The position numbers and the translations under genes were made by a program. Below, in pieces: positions 1 through 15,501 of a stretch of 64,000 nucleotides of DNA. Location: the NCBI RefSeq assembly GCF_009914755.1, contig NC_060930.1. One strand, 5' to 3'. The notes beneath the pieces are model-generated. The model worked only from the letters and a program-made list of their open reading frames with translations. It had not been told where the DNA came from and did not search any database. Numbering within the stretch: the first letter of the stretch is position 1; the number at the start of each line of letters is the position of its first letter. Source of the DNA: the human T2T-CHM13v2.0 reference genome, Homo sapiens.

Positions 1-142
1 ACCATGTTGCCCAGGCTGGTCTCAAACTCCCAAGCTCAAGCTATCCTCCCACCTCGGCCTCCCAAAGTGCTGGGATTCCAGGCGGGAGCCACCGTGACCA
101 GCCAATGTGAAACATTTTCAAAATCAATTTAAATAAACGGTT

Positions 143-1600
<1,458 letters not shown>

Positions 1601-1689
1601 AGCACCTTGAGATGTATATAAAAACTCATTTCTACCAAATAACAAAACTCTCAAAAGGATACTGTTAGAAAAAGTTTTAAAAGATTCCT

Positions 1690-2011
1690 GGCCGGGCACG
1701 GTGGCTCATCGCCTGTAATCCTGGCACTTTGGGAGGCCGAGGCGGGTGGATCACGAGGTCAGGAGATCGAGACCATCCTGGCTAACACGGTGAAACCCCG
1801 TCTCTACTAAAAATACAAAAAATTAGCCGGGCGTGGTGGCGGCCACCTGTAGTCCCAGCTACTCGGGAGGCTGAGGTAGGCGTGAACCCAGGTGTGAACT
1901 CCTGGTGTGAACCCATGTGAACTCCTGGCGTGAACCCAGGAGGCGGAGCTTGCAGTGAGCCAAGATCATGCCACTGCACTCCAGCCTGGGCAACAGAGCG
2001 AGACTCTGTCT

Positions 2012-2050
<39 letters not shown>
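1690..2050 (+). mobile_element. AluY with internal GTGAAC mini-repeat
   Basis: AluY diagnostics (gatcgagaccatcctggctaacacgg); long A tail; TSD aaaagattcct. Confidence 0.95.
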
Positions 2051-2052
<2 letters not shown>

Positions 2053-5000
2053 TTCCTGTGGGCTTCACGTCTTAAGCGCTGTAAAACCGGGACATGGGAT
2101 TATTTACTTAAATATCTTAATCTTCTTGATCTGCCTGTGGAAGCTGGAAAAGTATGCATGTCCAGGGGTCTGAGGGTACATGGCTGTTCTCCGTGCTTTT
2201 AAAGATGCCCAACAGGAGAAATTCACAGGAAACAATATTTTAAGTCATGAAGCACAAAGAAGGTCCCAATAGTCCCAGACTCCAGCTCTGGGGTCAAGTG
2301 CTAAAAGCATTGTTACTTTCTTACTTACGAAGTTACAAAACATTGTTTCTGAGTCCCTGGCATGTAAGTTACCTCAGATCCTCAGCAGTACAAAACAAGC
2401 GCTTTTAGTCCCAATTTGGGAAAGAAGAGACTAAGAAGTGGAGCCAGTTTTCAAAAGTCAGAGGTTCTCCTTATTCACCATGCTGCCTCCCTCACCATAC
2501 CTTTCCTTGGTGTCCTGTTCATTGTAACTCTGGATAATTAGCCAAGCTGATGCCTTGTCCTTTTACAGAATGACAGAAAATTCTTCAGATTATTATAAAC
2601 AATGTGTGATCCATTTTCCCTTGTGAGTGAGTGAATGGTCTGTTTAAAAAGGGCCTATCAAATGCTCCTCGTTAATGACTAAGAGCCTGTCTGCTTTCTT
2701 TCCCAAAGTGGGAATGGGATTGTGATGGAAGTTGGGCCCACCAGGTGTGTGGATATGGTTAGAAGCTGCGGACAGTCTTTATTGACCACCATCTTGGAGG
2801 GATGGACTTTGCGACGTCCAATGCCAAATTACTGCCCAAAAGATAAGGAAAGAATGAGAATGCAAAACCTGGGGTGGTGGGGGAGGGGGGCTCACTGAAT
2901 TTTACATAATTGCATATGAGATGAGACTAGAAATTTTGCAGATGTTTCTGGCTACAGACTCATTTTACTTGGCCAGACAGTGGTTTTGTTTTTGGGTTTC
3001 ATTATTATTTTAATTTCAGGGCATTTAAGAGAAAATGCATTGCCCATGGCTCTGATTACCATATTCTAATGTGATTTATAGGACTGGCTCCTGAAGCCAT
3101 TAAGTTTATGACCCCTGGACTTAGAGATCTTTCCTATTCTGGCGTTTTTATGACTCTATGGAATTGGAAGGACAGGATAGTTCATAGTGAGAGTGACTCA
3201 CAGGAATGGCTGGAAGGGAAAGTACCCCCTAATCAGGAAGGTTTTGGGAAAACATTCAGGTATGCCCTAGGCATAGAAGAACTATTTAGTAACAGGAAAC
3301 TCAAGATGGTTTCTACTCTGTTTTACAAAGATTGTAGCTAGGATGAAGTTGCATTTTGAAAGGTGAGATGTCAGATTCTAAAGACTGTGTGGGGTGAGGC
3401 AAAAATTGTACGTAGTTGCAAAGGGCAACCTTGAAAGTCAATGCTGTGTCTCAATGCATCTACCAATTTTATTTTGTGGTTGTTGTTTGCTTTGTTTTTG
3501 TTTGTTTGTTGTTGTTGTTATTGTTGTTTTCCTGTAGCAGGAAAGCAAATCCCTGGGTCTGCATTCAGCAGCAGATGAAAAACTCAGCGTGCATTGTAAG
3601 GGTAATGTTGCTCCAAAAATCTTTAAGCACTGGAATCACACAAGTGAGCTTCTGGACTTTTAAAAAATATGAACAATGGGGATAACTTTTTTTAAAAAAT
3701 CAGCGAGACCCCTCCTCTTCTCCCTCCTTTAAAATTTTACCTTAATCTCAGCCAAAAGCCTGAGAAGTGATTCCCTTAAATTCTAATTTAGAAACATCTG
3801 TGTTACTGGAAGCCTTCATGCTTGTACTTGCATACCAAATTTCTGAAAGTTTATACCAGAAAAGCTTAATATTGGTTATCTCCAGCCAGAAGAAATTGAG
3901 CTGGGAATGGCTGAAAGGGGCGATTGTAAAATTATTACCCATTTTTTGACCTATTATATTTTGTTTTATTTATTTTAAACATGAGCATGTTATCCATACA
4001 TAAATAAAAGGAAAATTTAAGGAAACATTATTTTATTCACATTCTTTATTTTTCCTTATTTCATTATTGTTTTATTTACCTTATTTTAAAATAACTGTCA
4101 TATATGTTTGATTTGAAATATTGTATTTTCTCTAAATTTACCCCAAAGTGTTCATTGTTAGGTAGCATGTGATTTAATTCAAATATCAGATCATTTCTGT
4201 TTGTCTCTTTTTTTAATAATCTTTCAGAGGAAAATATAATCACAGTTTTCAGTTTGGACCCCAGATCATTTTGAGCCAAATTTTAATTGATTTAATTAAA
4301 TAAACTTATCTAATGATTGCTGAAACAGACAGATATGTGCTGAGCTTTGCTGGCAAAACTGTAACACTCTTGGAATCAAATGGGTTCATTCGGGTTAGGG
4401 AGGACAATGAATTTGGCCTGTGGAATGCTACATTAAGAGTCTATGACTTTCAGGCCAGGCGCGGTGGCTCGTGTCTGTAATCCTACCACTTTGGGAGGCT
4501 GAGACGGGTTGATCACCTGAGGTCAGGAGTTGAAGACCAGCCTGGTCAACCTGGCCAAACCCCGTCTCTACTAAAAATACAAAAATTAGCCAGGTGTGGT
4601 GGCACAAACCTGTGATCTCAGCTACTCAGGAGGCTGAGGCAGGAGAATCGCTTGAACCTGGGGGGTGGAGGCTGCAGTGAGCAGAGATTGCGCTCAAGCC
4701 TGGGCAACAGAGCGAGACACCATCTAAAAAAAAAAAAAAAAGAGTCTATCAAAAGTAGCAAGAAAAGAAGAGTGAGCAGAATGGTGTTGGAATCATCTAG
4801 GTGTCGTGAACAAATTGGCAGTCACTCATCTATTTTATGTATGTGTATGTCAAGTGACTTGCATCCTTATGCTGATGACCCTTGGTCTACTGCTCCCACG
4901 AAGTGCTTGTCTACTTGTATATTTCCTTGTGAACAGTCTGTACTTGGCATGTTGTCATTATAACACTGCCATCATGCCGCCTGTGATACACTACTAGGTG

Positions 5001-5994
5001 GAGCACAGGACAGAGGACCCAGAAAAGAAGAAACACAGAACCCTGCCCATCAGAGTCCATGGTTTCCAAGGCATCCAAATACACAAAGATATCTGTCTGA
5101 ACACAGTGTTATAGGCACACACTGAGTAAACTTTAAGGAGTGGCCAGCTGAGGTGGCTCACGCCTGTAATCCCAGGACCTTGAGAGTCCAAGGTGGGTGG
5201 ATTACTTGAGCCCAGGAGTTTGAGATTAGCCTGGGCAACATAGCAAGACCCCATCTCTACAAATAATAAAAAACAATTAGCGGGGCATGGTGATGGATGC
5301 CTGTAGTCCTAACTACTCCAGAGGCTGAGGTGGGAGGATTTTTTTAAGCCAGGGAGGCAGAGGATGCAGGGAGCTGTGATTGCATCACTGTACTCCAGCC
5401 TGGGTGACCCTGTCTCAAAACAAAAACAAACAAACAAAAACCTCTAATGATTGCTCATAATTTTGCTGATAAAGTCTTTCACAGAAAACATGTGGAAAGC
5501 AGAGAAAACATATGTAAACTATATGTAAACTAAATGTGTTCTCATGTACATTTGTTTGCAGTGGCCAAATTAGACTAGGAAAGGGCTGATTGCAGGCACA
5601 CTGCCTATGAATTAACCCTGCTTCACAAGGAGCAGCAGTACCAAAATTATTAAAAATGTAAAGAAGAAAAAAAAGACTAGAAAAGATCACTTGCAAGCTA
5701 CAGTGAAGTGTAAGCAATAAGCTAATTTTTGGTTTGAATAATTAACACTTTTCATGCAGTATGAGAAAAACATTTAAATACTTTCAAATTTGGCTTAATT
5801 TATTTGGATGATTGCATTTTTATTTTCTATTTTGTTTTTTGTAGTTTTTTTTTTTTTTTCAATTTTTATTTTAGATTCAGGGAATATATGTGCAGGTTTG
5901 TTGTTTTTGTTAATAGAAGTATTGTTCTGATTAACACCAGGAAAAGTGTTAACATTGCTATACCCCTAGTACAAAGCTCGAGGAATGTTACATA

Positions 5995-6109
5995 GGATTT
6001 TAGAGGCTTTTTCTTTCTTTCTTTCTTTCTTTTTCTTTTTTTTTTTTTTTTTTTTTTTTTGAGATGGAGTTTTGCTCTTGTTGCCCAGGCTGGATTTTAG
6101 GGGCTTTTT
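5995..6109 (-). mobile_element. Severely 5'-truncated Alu (~33 nt body + tail) with 18-bp TSD
   Basis: ggattttag(a/g)ggcttttt at 5995-6012 and 6092-6109. Confidence 0.85.
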
Positions 6110-7129
6110 GAAGGATGAGGAGAGAAATTACTTAACAGGATAGGTTAGAGATTGACTACAGGGCATAACGTCTTGCCTTGCCAATTAAATTGATTGATTA
6201 TTGACTGGCTGATTCGTTATATACTGGGGATGTTGAAGAAACTGGTGGGCGGCCTTTGTCCTAGAAACTATTATTGCAGCTGTGACAACTGCTTCAATAA
6301 GTTGTCAAGTACATTAAAGAAGTAAATTACATGAAATGTGCTTTGCTTTGCATTCATCCGTCTTCCACCATCGTAACTCACTAAGTCTCATTGACGTGGG
6401 AACGTGGAAACATCTCCTCTGTCCTTTACTCACCACCACCACTGGGATGACTGTCAGAAGTCTCCTAAGGGGCTTTTATATTAATTTCAAAGCTTTCTCG
6501 CTCTCACACCTCTTAGTGATAGCCAGTAAAACACTCTGAATCACTTCACTTTCCTCATGGAAAACCTTCAAATGCTTCCTTTGCTATCTGATGAAAGCTA
6601 AACGTCTCCCCCGTGGGATTATTAAGAACATGAAAGACATGGTCCATCTCCCTACTTAAAATTTTTTCAGCCGGGCACGGTAGTTCATGCCTGTAATCTC
6701 AGCACTTTGGGAGGCTGAGGCGGGTGGATCACCTGAGGTCAGGAGTTTGAGACCAGCCTGGCCAATATGGCGAAACCCTGCCTCTACTGAAAAATCCCGT
6801 CTCAAAGAAAAGAAAGAAAGCTGGTCAATAGAGCTGAGATTCTGCCCTAGGTCTGTCTGGTCCCTTTCTATTGCCACTGTCCCATTCATTATCCTTATGC
6901 AAGTCCGGCCCCCACTACAAGCCTGAATGTGGAATGGCCTTTCTGCCTCATTTTCAAGATCCAGTTCTCCAAGACAGCCTACCTGGATTCTCCAGATCTC
7001 CCTAAGCACCTTTTTCCTAAACTACCTAAAAATGTACTCCCATTTCCTGCCCCCCAAGTTGAGTAAGGTGTCACTCCTATGTACGCAAACACCTGTTTTC
7101 ATCATACCACATATTTATAATGCACATTT

Positions 7130-7760
7130 TTGTTATATAACACATACAGAGAAAAATGCATGTATCATAAGTGTATAGCTTGATGAAATCAAGATCAAGC
7201 TCAAGATCAGATCAAGAAATTAACAGCACCTGGTAGGATGTCTTCCTTATGCACCCTCTCAACTATGAGCTCTGCCTTCCTCCCCAAAGGTGATCACATC
7301 TTAACTTCCAAATCAATTCATGCTGTTTGCCTGCTTTTACATTTTATATAAATCAAATCATACAGTCTGGGTTTTGTTTATGAGATCTATTCCTTGTTGT
7401 ATATAGCAATTATTCACTCATTTTCATTGGGTAGTATTTCAGTATATGAAACCACACTAAATTCTTTATTCATTTTCCTATAGGTGGACATTTTGAATGG
7501 TTCCCATTTTGGGGCTGTCATAAATAGTATTACTGGGAACACTATTGCAAATTTTGTATTGCATATGTGTGCAGTCTTTGGGGTCTATACTGTGGAAGAG
7601 AACGATTGGGCCACAAGTTATAGATATCTTCATCTTTAGTAGATACTGCCAAGCAGTTTTCCAAAATGGTGCACCAAGTTATACTCCCACTGCAATGTAT
7701 ATTTTTGCAGCTGCTTCTTATCTTCATCAGTCACTGATAGTGTCTGTAATTACAAATTTT
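7130..7760 (-). mobile_element. Old L1M 3' fragment
   Basis: Typical antisense L1 3' motifs (gatactgccaagcagttttccaaaatggt...tatactcccac). Confidence 0.7.
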
Positions 7761-9261
7761 CCCTCTCTCTCCCTCTCCCTCTCCATCCCCCTCTTTTTGC
7801 CTAGCATGACATCTAGAAGGTATCTTTGTAAAAGTCTGGTGAATTAATAAATGGATGACTAACAAGTACACAGCTGTTTGCTTTTATACTCTTCTGTCAC
7901 CTCTGAGGCCGGATAAAGTAATGGCTACAAGCATAGGCTTTTGGGCCAGATTGACATGATTTGACTTTCGATCTCACCACTTACTGACCAGCTAATGACC
8001 GTTCTGTACGAGTTTCTTCACTTTTGACATCACAGCATTGTTATGAAGAGTAAACAGCTTGACTACAGAATACTTAGAACAGCCAGGTATGGTGGCTCAT
8101 GCCTGTAATCCTAGCACTTAGGGAGCTCAGGACCAGCCTGGGCATCATGGTGAAACCACGTCTCCGAAAAAGACTTATTAAGAAACAAAACGTTGTTTAC
8201 TTGGTTGGCTGAGGTGGGAGGATCACCTGAGTCCAGGAGGTTGAGGCTGCAGTGAGCCATGATTGTACCACTTTTCTCCAGCCCAGACAATAGAGATCGT
8301 GTCTCAAAAACAAACAAACAAAAAAAAACAAACTTAGAACATTGTCTGACACATAATAAGAGCTCAGTAGAATTAGCTATTACGATTATAATCCGGTCCT
8401 CAGGGCCTGTATCCTATTAGAGTTCCTAGAATTGGTTAGGAAGAATCTTAGAGCTTCCCGTCTATGAAGCCTGCTCTAGGCACCCGACCCTGCAGAGAGC
8501 CGCTGGACGTCTGAAGTTCCCTTTACCCCTTGTTCACTGCCTGTCACATGTTAAGGGTAGGTGCCTGTCTCCCCAGGTGGATGGCAAATTCTGTAAGGGC
8601 AGTGACTGACTTATTCTTTTTGGTAGCAGTGGTTTTAGACACATTTTAGCTTATGAGAATCTTAGCTGAATTGGTTCCCCCAAACCCATATTTGAGTAGA
8701 CCTACAGCTGGAGAGCTATGGAGAAGACAATTATCCCTTTTCCAATCAATTGTCGTGCTCAAAGGCAGGCTGGCTGGGGCTCAGGGAATGTGCTGGCAGG
8801 GATATGCCCCACTCCCTTAGGTAAAAGATACCTCTGCACACACATTATTTGACAGTACAGTGCTTAGTAAATATTTGTCATTTGTTTATTGATCTCTTGT
8901 TCTTTCTTGACTTCCCTGTTCTTGCCTTGTTCTCTTCCCACCCACTTGTGCTTGATCTTATCTCCCATCTGGGTGACAATGTTTGGGTCTCCTCTGGCAC
9001 CTTTCAATTCTGGAGAAACACAATTCAGATCTTCTATGTGAAGTGATGGACTATAATCCAGTAAACCAGAATTCTACCTTCAAAACATAAAAAAAAGCTT
9101 TGTAACTCGTGACTGGCCCATCTGAGTTATCTATAATTAGATTGCAGATTCCTAAGCCCACCTGAACTGTGTTCAGATGAAAATGAGATTTAAGCACTTT
9201 TTGTTCGAGGAGGAATTCATAACTGTTATTGAGAATGAGAATGAGGGGGAATATGCAATGA

Positions 9262-9608
<347 letters not shown>

Positions 9609-11160
9609 CTTGCTTTGGACTCTTTATTTGTCAACTGGGCCCGGTAGGGAATTGAACACGTAGCTAATGCCTGTAGAGCAGTAAGTCAACAGCAGAGCAT
9701 GACCGGTGGCCCACCTTGAGCAAAAAGCTATCGACTCGTTTTCATCTTCTTCCTTCATTAGATCATGAGGGAGAAGAACTCGGTTATCTCTGAACACCTG
9801 TTTGGCCCTTGGAAACCTTGTGGGGTAGGAGAGGGGGACTGAGGCAAAGTGAGGTGAGACCCAAGAGCAAGGATAAGAGGAAAAAAGCTCACAGCTTTCC
9901 CTTGGGGAAATCCCTGTGCGAACTGGAAGGTCAGGGTAGCGGGGGTGCAGCAGGCCTACAGGGTGCTTTTGCAATTAAGGCAGCAGCAACATCAACTGTT
10001 TGGGGATTCCCTGATTATTTGTTAAGTATTTGTGTGGAAGGCCTAGAAGAGTGAAAAAGTCCAAACCTTTGGACTCAAGATCTCCAAGGATGGTGCCACC
10101 TCGCTTTCTCCCACAGGTAATATCACAGTGGGGTGAGCTCTAGGAGTGGGCTCTGCCACACAGCCCCAGAGCCTGCTGGGCCCTTAGGGTGCTAGGTAGA
10201 CACTGGCTCAAGAAGCTTCAGTCCAAGCTAGGGATGAGCTCCTTCAGGGTCCCTTTACTGAGCTCACTCTAGACCTGGGTCAACTCCAGGTACTCTCAGA
10301 AACCAGATGTCCCAGCCAGGTCAGCTTTTTGGGAACATATCCACTTATTTAAAACATTCTCCCCAGCACTTAGGGAAGCCGAGGCAGACAGATCACTTGA
10401 GGCCAGGGATTCGAGACCAGCCTGGCCCACATGGTGAAATCCCATCTCTACTAAAATACAAAAATTAGCCAGGCATGGTGGTGCATGCCTGTAGTCCCAG
10501 CTACTCAGGAGGCTGAGATGGGGGGATCACATGAACCCAGGAGGCGGAGGCTGCAGTGAACCAAGATCACACCACTGCACTCCAGCCTGGGCGACAGAGT
10601 AAGACCGTGTCTCAAAAAAAAAAAAAAAAAAAAAAAAAAAATTCTCACCCTCTTGTGTGGCATTCTCCTAAACTTCACAGACTATTTCTCAATTTCCATC
10701 TCAACTAACTGCTTTAGGTCGGCCTTCTTCATCAGGCTCTGGAAGGGCGAAGTTGTCTGCTTTGTCCACTACGATATCCTGAGCACTCGCAATAGAGCCC
10801 AGAGTAGGCTTTCAAATATTTCTGGAAAGAATTACCTGTAACTGAAGACAAGCCAAATGTCAGGACAAATAGTCCAACTTCACAGGACAGGCAATAAATA
10901 CAGGAAGCATTACTTCATAGCAATCCTTGCAAGATGAGTAAATTGCAAAGGATTTCCTTGGATGGATTTATGAATGACAGACACCATAAAATGCTGCTAA
11001 AAAGGCCTGGAACGTAGGTTGGCTTTAAGACCATCCTATACTCCCCTGGAGTCAGAAACCACTGCTGTTGGGAGCAAACCACTAAGCAGGAAATTACAGC
11101 AGGATTTTCATGGTTTTCAATTTTAAACTAACCCATGATTACCCCCTTAACCAAAATATA

Positions 11161-11209
11161 CAAAATAACACATGACACAATATATGTAAATATTTTTCAA
11201 GGTTTTATT
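11161..11209 (-). terminator. SGK1 polyadenylation signal AATAAA (11204-11209) with downstream GU/U-rich element
   Basis: Plus tttatt 11204-11209; minus TTGTGTCATGTGTTATTTTG ~25-45 nt downstream. Confidence 0.9.
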
Positions 11210-12201
11210 GCAAACCAAAATCAGTTTATCACACACAAAAAAAGTTGTGTGATGGGATGAGGGAAGGATTGTACGTATTATAACCATGTTAATTACAGTA
11301 CATTAAAATGGTGGTTTACATTACAAATAAGCCTGTAAGTTTAAATATACTAGTGTTATAACCCAATGTACAGACGTTCTTTATACAATACATACAATTA
11401 TCAGGAATGCAAAAAAAAAACATAAATAATGCCCATTTTACAGGTGACATTTTAAACAATGAAAAACACCAACGGCTCTGACTGACAACTGGGGCATTGG
11501 TCCATAAAAACCCTTTCTAAAAATAGAAATATTTGTAGCAGCAATGCTTTCTTTAAGCATCTGAATACGAGTCATTGCAAGACCATTTCAATAAATTTTA
11601 GTTATTAACCGTATCTTACAAAAAAGTCTACACATAAATTTATCTTCCAAATATGGAAGAAACAAACAATGTCCCACGTTGTAGTGTCCTGCAAGTGTCA
11701 CATTGATGCTTATAACAAAATCCATCTGTGATCAGGCATACCACACTCACACGACGGTTCACACAGCATATCCACAAGGGAAAATAAAGAACTGAAACAC
11801 TGCGATAGGAAAAGCTTTGGAGCTAACACAATCTCTTCAGAAAAGGCACATTTCATAATATTCGTCATCACAGCCCAGACAGATCTGCAGGAGACCTTTT
11901 TTAGAACAGCGTCCGCTTTCTAACGAAACTCCTGCCTCCGTCTAAGGCGGCACTCTAACGCTCGTTTCAGAGATAGCACCACGTTGGAAGGAAGAATAAA
12001 AATGAAAACCTCATGAGCTCACTGAGGAGAATGTGCTCTTCAAAAAGCTTCCAGCGAACAGTGTGCAATAAGATTGCTAAGCTTCCAGAGATGTGCAAAT
12101 TCTCTTGTAAGATGTCCTGTCAGCTGGCGGCTCCACCAAAAGGCTAACTAAAACATTCGGAAACACACATAAAATCCTTTAAAACCAAGCCCTAACAGGG
12201 T
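11185..12201 (-). other. SGK1: SGK1 3'UTR (~1 kb, AU-rich); 3' end approximate
   Basis: Repeat-free sequence between stop codon and poly(A) signal; several ATTTA pentamers on minus strand. Confidence 0.85.
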
Positions 12202-12369
12202 TCAGAGGAAAGAGTCCGTGGGAGGCGCATAGGAAAAGCCTAGGAAAGCCTCGGCAGCTTCCTTGACGCTGGCTGTGACGAGGACGCTGTCAGGGGACTT
12301 GCCAATGGAGTTGGGGACAGGCTCTTCGGTAAACTCGGGGTCAAAGTGCCGTAGGTCGTTGGGCCCACT
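12202..12369 (-). CDS. SGK1: SGK1 last coding exon (SGPNDLRHFD...FLGFSYAPPTDSFL*; AGC hydrophobic motif Ser422, C-terminal PDZ-binding tail)
   Basis: cag| acceptor at 12370; TGA at 12204-12202; exon lengths sum to 1296 nt. Confidence 0.98.
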   Translation of the reverse strand, partial: SGPNDLRHFDPEFTEEPVPNSIGKSPDSVLVTASVKEAAEAFLGFSYAPPTDSFL

Positions 12370-12759
12370 CTGTGACGGGAAGGGAAAAACACTCTTGTCA
12401 AGAACTCACACTAGACACAGGACAGGGAAATCTTGACCAGGCTTTAAATACCAAGTTTAAGTCTTATATCAACTTCCATAATCACCCACTTCAAGCACAA
12501 AATCTCAAAAGGCTACACACAGTTAAACATAAGAATAATGTTCACTTGTTGCCTTTTGGTGCTTCGAATTGATAAATGTGTCTAAAAATTATGGGAGCCT
12601 TGTTGGGACACAAAAATGTGCTTTTTATGTAGGTAAAATAACAGGTTTATGGAGAAAACATCTGCCAATGTATTCCTTCCAACCCTCCCCCAGACAATTC
12701 TGAATTAAAATAAATGCCCTTTGGGCTTCTCTATACTTAGAAGAGAGACAGATACTCAC

Positions 12760-12849
12760 CACATTTGGGTTAAAAGGGGGAGTAATCTTCTTATTAATGA
12801 GATCATCCCAGTTAATTAAGGAGAAGAAGACATGACTCTTAATCTCCAT
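12760..12849 (-). CDS. SGK1: SGK1 exon 11 (MEIKSHVFF...PPFNPNV, 90 nt)
   Basis: ORF track 12625..12849; cag| acceptor, GTG|gtgag donor. Confidence 0.98.
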
Positions 12850-12956
12850 CTGTTGATAAGAAACCCAAGATTAATTTAGACAGGTGCATTCAATAAGGGC
12901 AGGGAGGTCTAGTGCACGTCCCGGCCGGCCCAGGAGGACAGGAAAACATCACTCAC

Positions 12957-13112
12957 GAAGTCATCCTTGGCCCCGAGCCGCTTTGTCCTGTCCTTCTGCA
13001 GGAGGCCCTCCAGGAGGTGTCTTGCGGAATTTGTAATATTTGGTTTCAGCTGGAGAGGCTTGTTCAGAATGTTGTCGTACATTTCAGCTGTGTTTCGGCT
13101 ATAAAAAGGCGG
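12957..13112 (-). CDS. SGK1: SGK1 exon 10 (PPFY motif ...KRLGAKDDF, 156 nt)
   Basis: ORF track 12909..13238; cag| acceptor, TTC|gtgag donor. Confidence 0.98.
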
Positions 13113-13281
13113 CTGAAAGAAGGGGAAAATTACTTTAGACTTAATTGGAAGTTTCATATGGCACACATTACCAGTAGAGAAAAAGATATAAACGGCAATA
13201 AATATTAGGCTCGATTTGAGAAACTCTCCCCACCTCAATGCTTTCTTTTCCCTTGCTATTTAAGTGTCTACTTTGCAACCC

Positions 13282-13308
13282 GTGTGTGTGTTTGTGTGTG
13301 TGTGTGTG
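13282..13308. repeat. Interrupted (GT)n microsatellite in SGK1 intron 9
   Basis: gtgtgtgtgtgtttgtgtgtgtgtgtgtg. Confidence 0.9.
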
Positions 13309-13432
13309 GAGGGTGAGGGGGTAGATGTTAATAAGTGGTAGTTTTTCACCACCACACAGGTTCAATGTGGTCCTATCTAGTAAAATGTGAAATGCACAAA
13401 AGAACCAGGTAAGTGATTATTCTTATGAACTA

Positions 13433-13693
<261 letters not shown>

Positions 13694-14019
13694 TTAGAAC
13701 CTGCGAAAGCAAGCAATCCCACGACCACACATTTAGTTTGAAAAAGCTGAGAGACCCAGAGCCAGCTTGGAAGATAGATATCTTTAGATTCCTTCCTGAT
13801 AAAACTGCTGGACTTTTTGAGGGTGACTGGCTACCTATGTGTACTGACATTTAGGAAACTGCTGGGCACTTGATATCTCTTACTTAGGGATTTAGAAAGT
13901 TTTTATGATGCAGATCTTACTTACAAACAGCTACTTTTCAGTAAAGGGAACAGAAGGACTTGGGATTTCTCATGCTACATCAAACAGCAAATGTATTTTA
14001 TTTGCACTGAACTGTATTA

Positions 14020-14286
<267 letters not shown>

Positions 14287-14596
14287 TTAATTTCACTTCA
14301 TAAGATATCCTCTTAAAGATAATTGCTAAAGGTATTAGAGGCATTTTAGGTTCACTGTAGTTGTGTAGTGAAGAAAAAAGGGAGCCCTTGTTCTGCTCAT
14401 CTATTCTGGATTAGGCACAATCCTACTTGGCTGGTTCCCCCTTGGCACTTAAGTCAAGCCAGCTCACGTGCTAGGGGATCTGGTTTTAGGCAACCAAGTT
14501 GCAAATAAACACAAATTATTTTAAGGCCCTATGAAACAGCCAGTGCTACGTCTCCTTTATACCAAAACTGGTAGCCTGAAGAGCTCTCAGGCTTAC

Positions 14597-14709
14597 CTAT
14601 AAACGATGTTCAGTGAATGCAGGTAGCCCAAGGCACTGGCTATTTCAGCAGCATAGAAACGAGCCCGTGGTTCCAGGAAGCAGCGTTCCCTCTGGAGATG
14701 GTAGAACAA
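14597..14709 (-). CDS. SGK1: SGK1 exon 7 ([11 protein letters not shown]...NIVYR, 113 nt)
   Basis: cag| acceptor, AG|gtaag donor; manual translation. Confidence 0.98.
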
Positions 14710-14957
14710 CTGCAGGAGACAGAACAAAGTCATTCTGGGTTGCGAATGAATTTAATTAGTTTTGACATACACAGCAAAAGAACAACTGCAGGAAGTGGCC
14801 CCAAGTAATCTATTAACTATAAACCTGACAGGTTGAAGGAAATGCTAATTCTGGTAACATTCTCCCCACCAAAAATCTTTGAAAACTTTTTTCTCAAACT
14901 AAAACAAAGCAGGCTGTGCAGAGACACTAAGAGTTGACTTCTATCCCCCCTGCTCAC

Positions 14958-15089
14958 CTCTCCACCATTAATGTAGTCTAGGACAAAGTACAATTTGTCA
15001 GCAGTCTGGAAAGAGAAGTGAAGGCCCACCAGGAAAGGGTGCTTCACATTCTTCAACAGAACATTCCGCTCCGACATAATATGCTTCTC
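14958..15089 (-). CDS. SGK1: SGK1 exon 6 ([12 protein letters not shown]...YINGGE, 132 nt)
   Basis: ORF track 14817..15077; tag| acceptor, GAG|gtgag donor. Confidence 0.98.
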
Positions 15090-15208
15090 CTAGGAAAATG
15101 ACGATTCAGATTTAGTGGCATGTTTCAACTTGGCACCAACATTCCAGAATCAAGATTATTCAAGGAGTGTCTACCGCCAATGCCAGCCCCATCAAGCACA
15201 TCTCATAC

Positions 15209-15292
15209 CTCTTTCTTTTTCAGGATTGCTTTCTTCTGTAAAACTTTGACTGCATAGAACACTTCTTCTGCCTTGTGTCTTGCTAGAAGAAC
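15209..15292 (-). CDS. SGK1: SGK1 exon 5 (VLLARHK...YAVKVLQKKAILKKKE; ATP-binding Lys127, 84 nt)
   Basis: cag| acceptor, GAG|gtatg donor; AVK motif. Confidence 0.98.
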
Positions 15293-15396
15293 CTGAAATT
15301 TCAATTTAAAAAAATCATTTTTCTATCCTCATCCAGGGAGAATATAAAAGAGGACATGAAGGAAGTGTACCAAAAGATCTTCAGATTTGAAATTAC

Positions 15397-15501
15397 CTTT
15401 CCAAAACTGCCCTTTCCGATCACTTTCAAGAAGTGAAAGTCAGATGGTTTAGCATGAGGATTGGACGACGGGCCAAGGTTGATTTGCTGAGAAGGACTTG
15501 G
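15397..15501 (-). CDS. SGK1: SGK1 exon 4 ([10 protein letters not shown]...VIGKGSFGK; Gly-rich loop, 105 nt)
   Basis: poly-T tract + tag| acceptor; AAG|gtaat donor; GxGxxG motif. Confidence 0.98.

Noticed and set aside
1882-1940. Short spaced repeats superficially like a CRISPR array
   Set aside because: 6-nt core with 4-7-nt gaps inside an Alu in eukaryotic DNA; no cas genes
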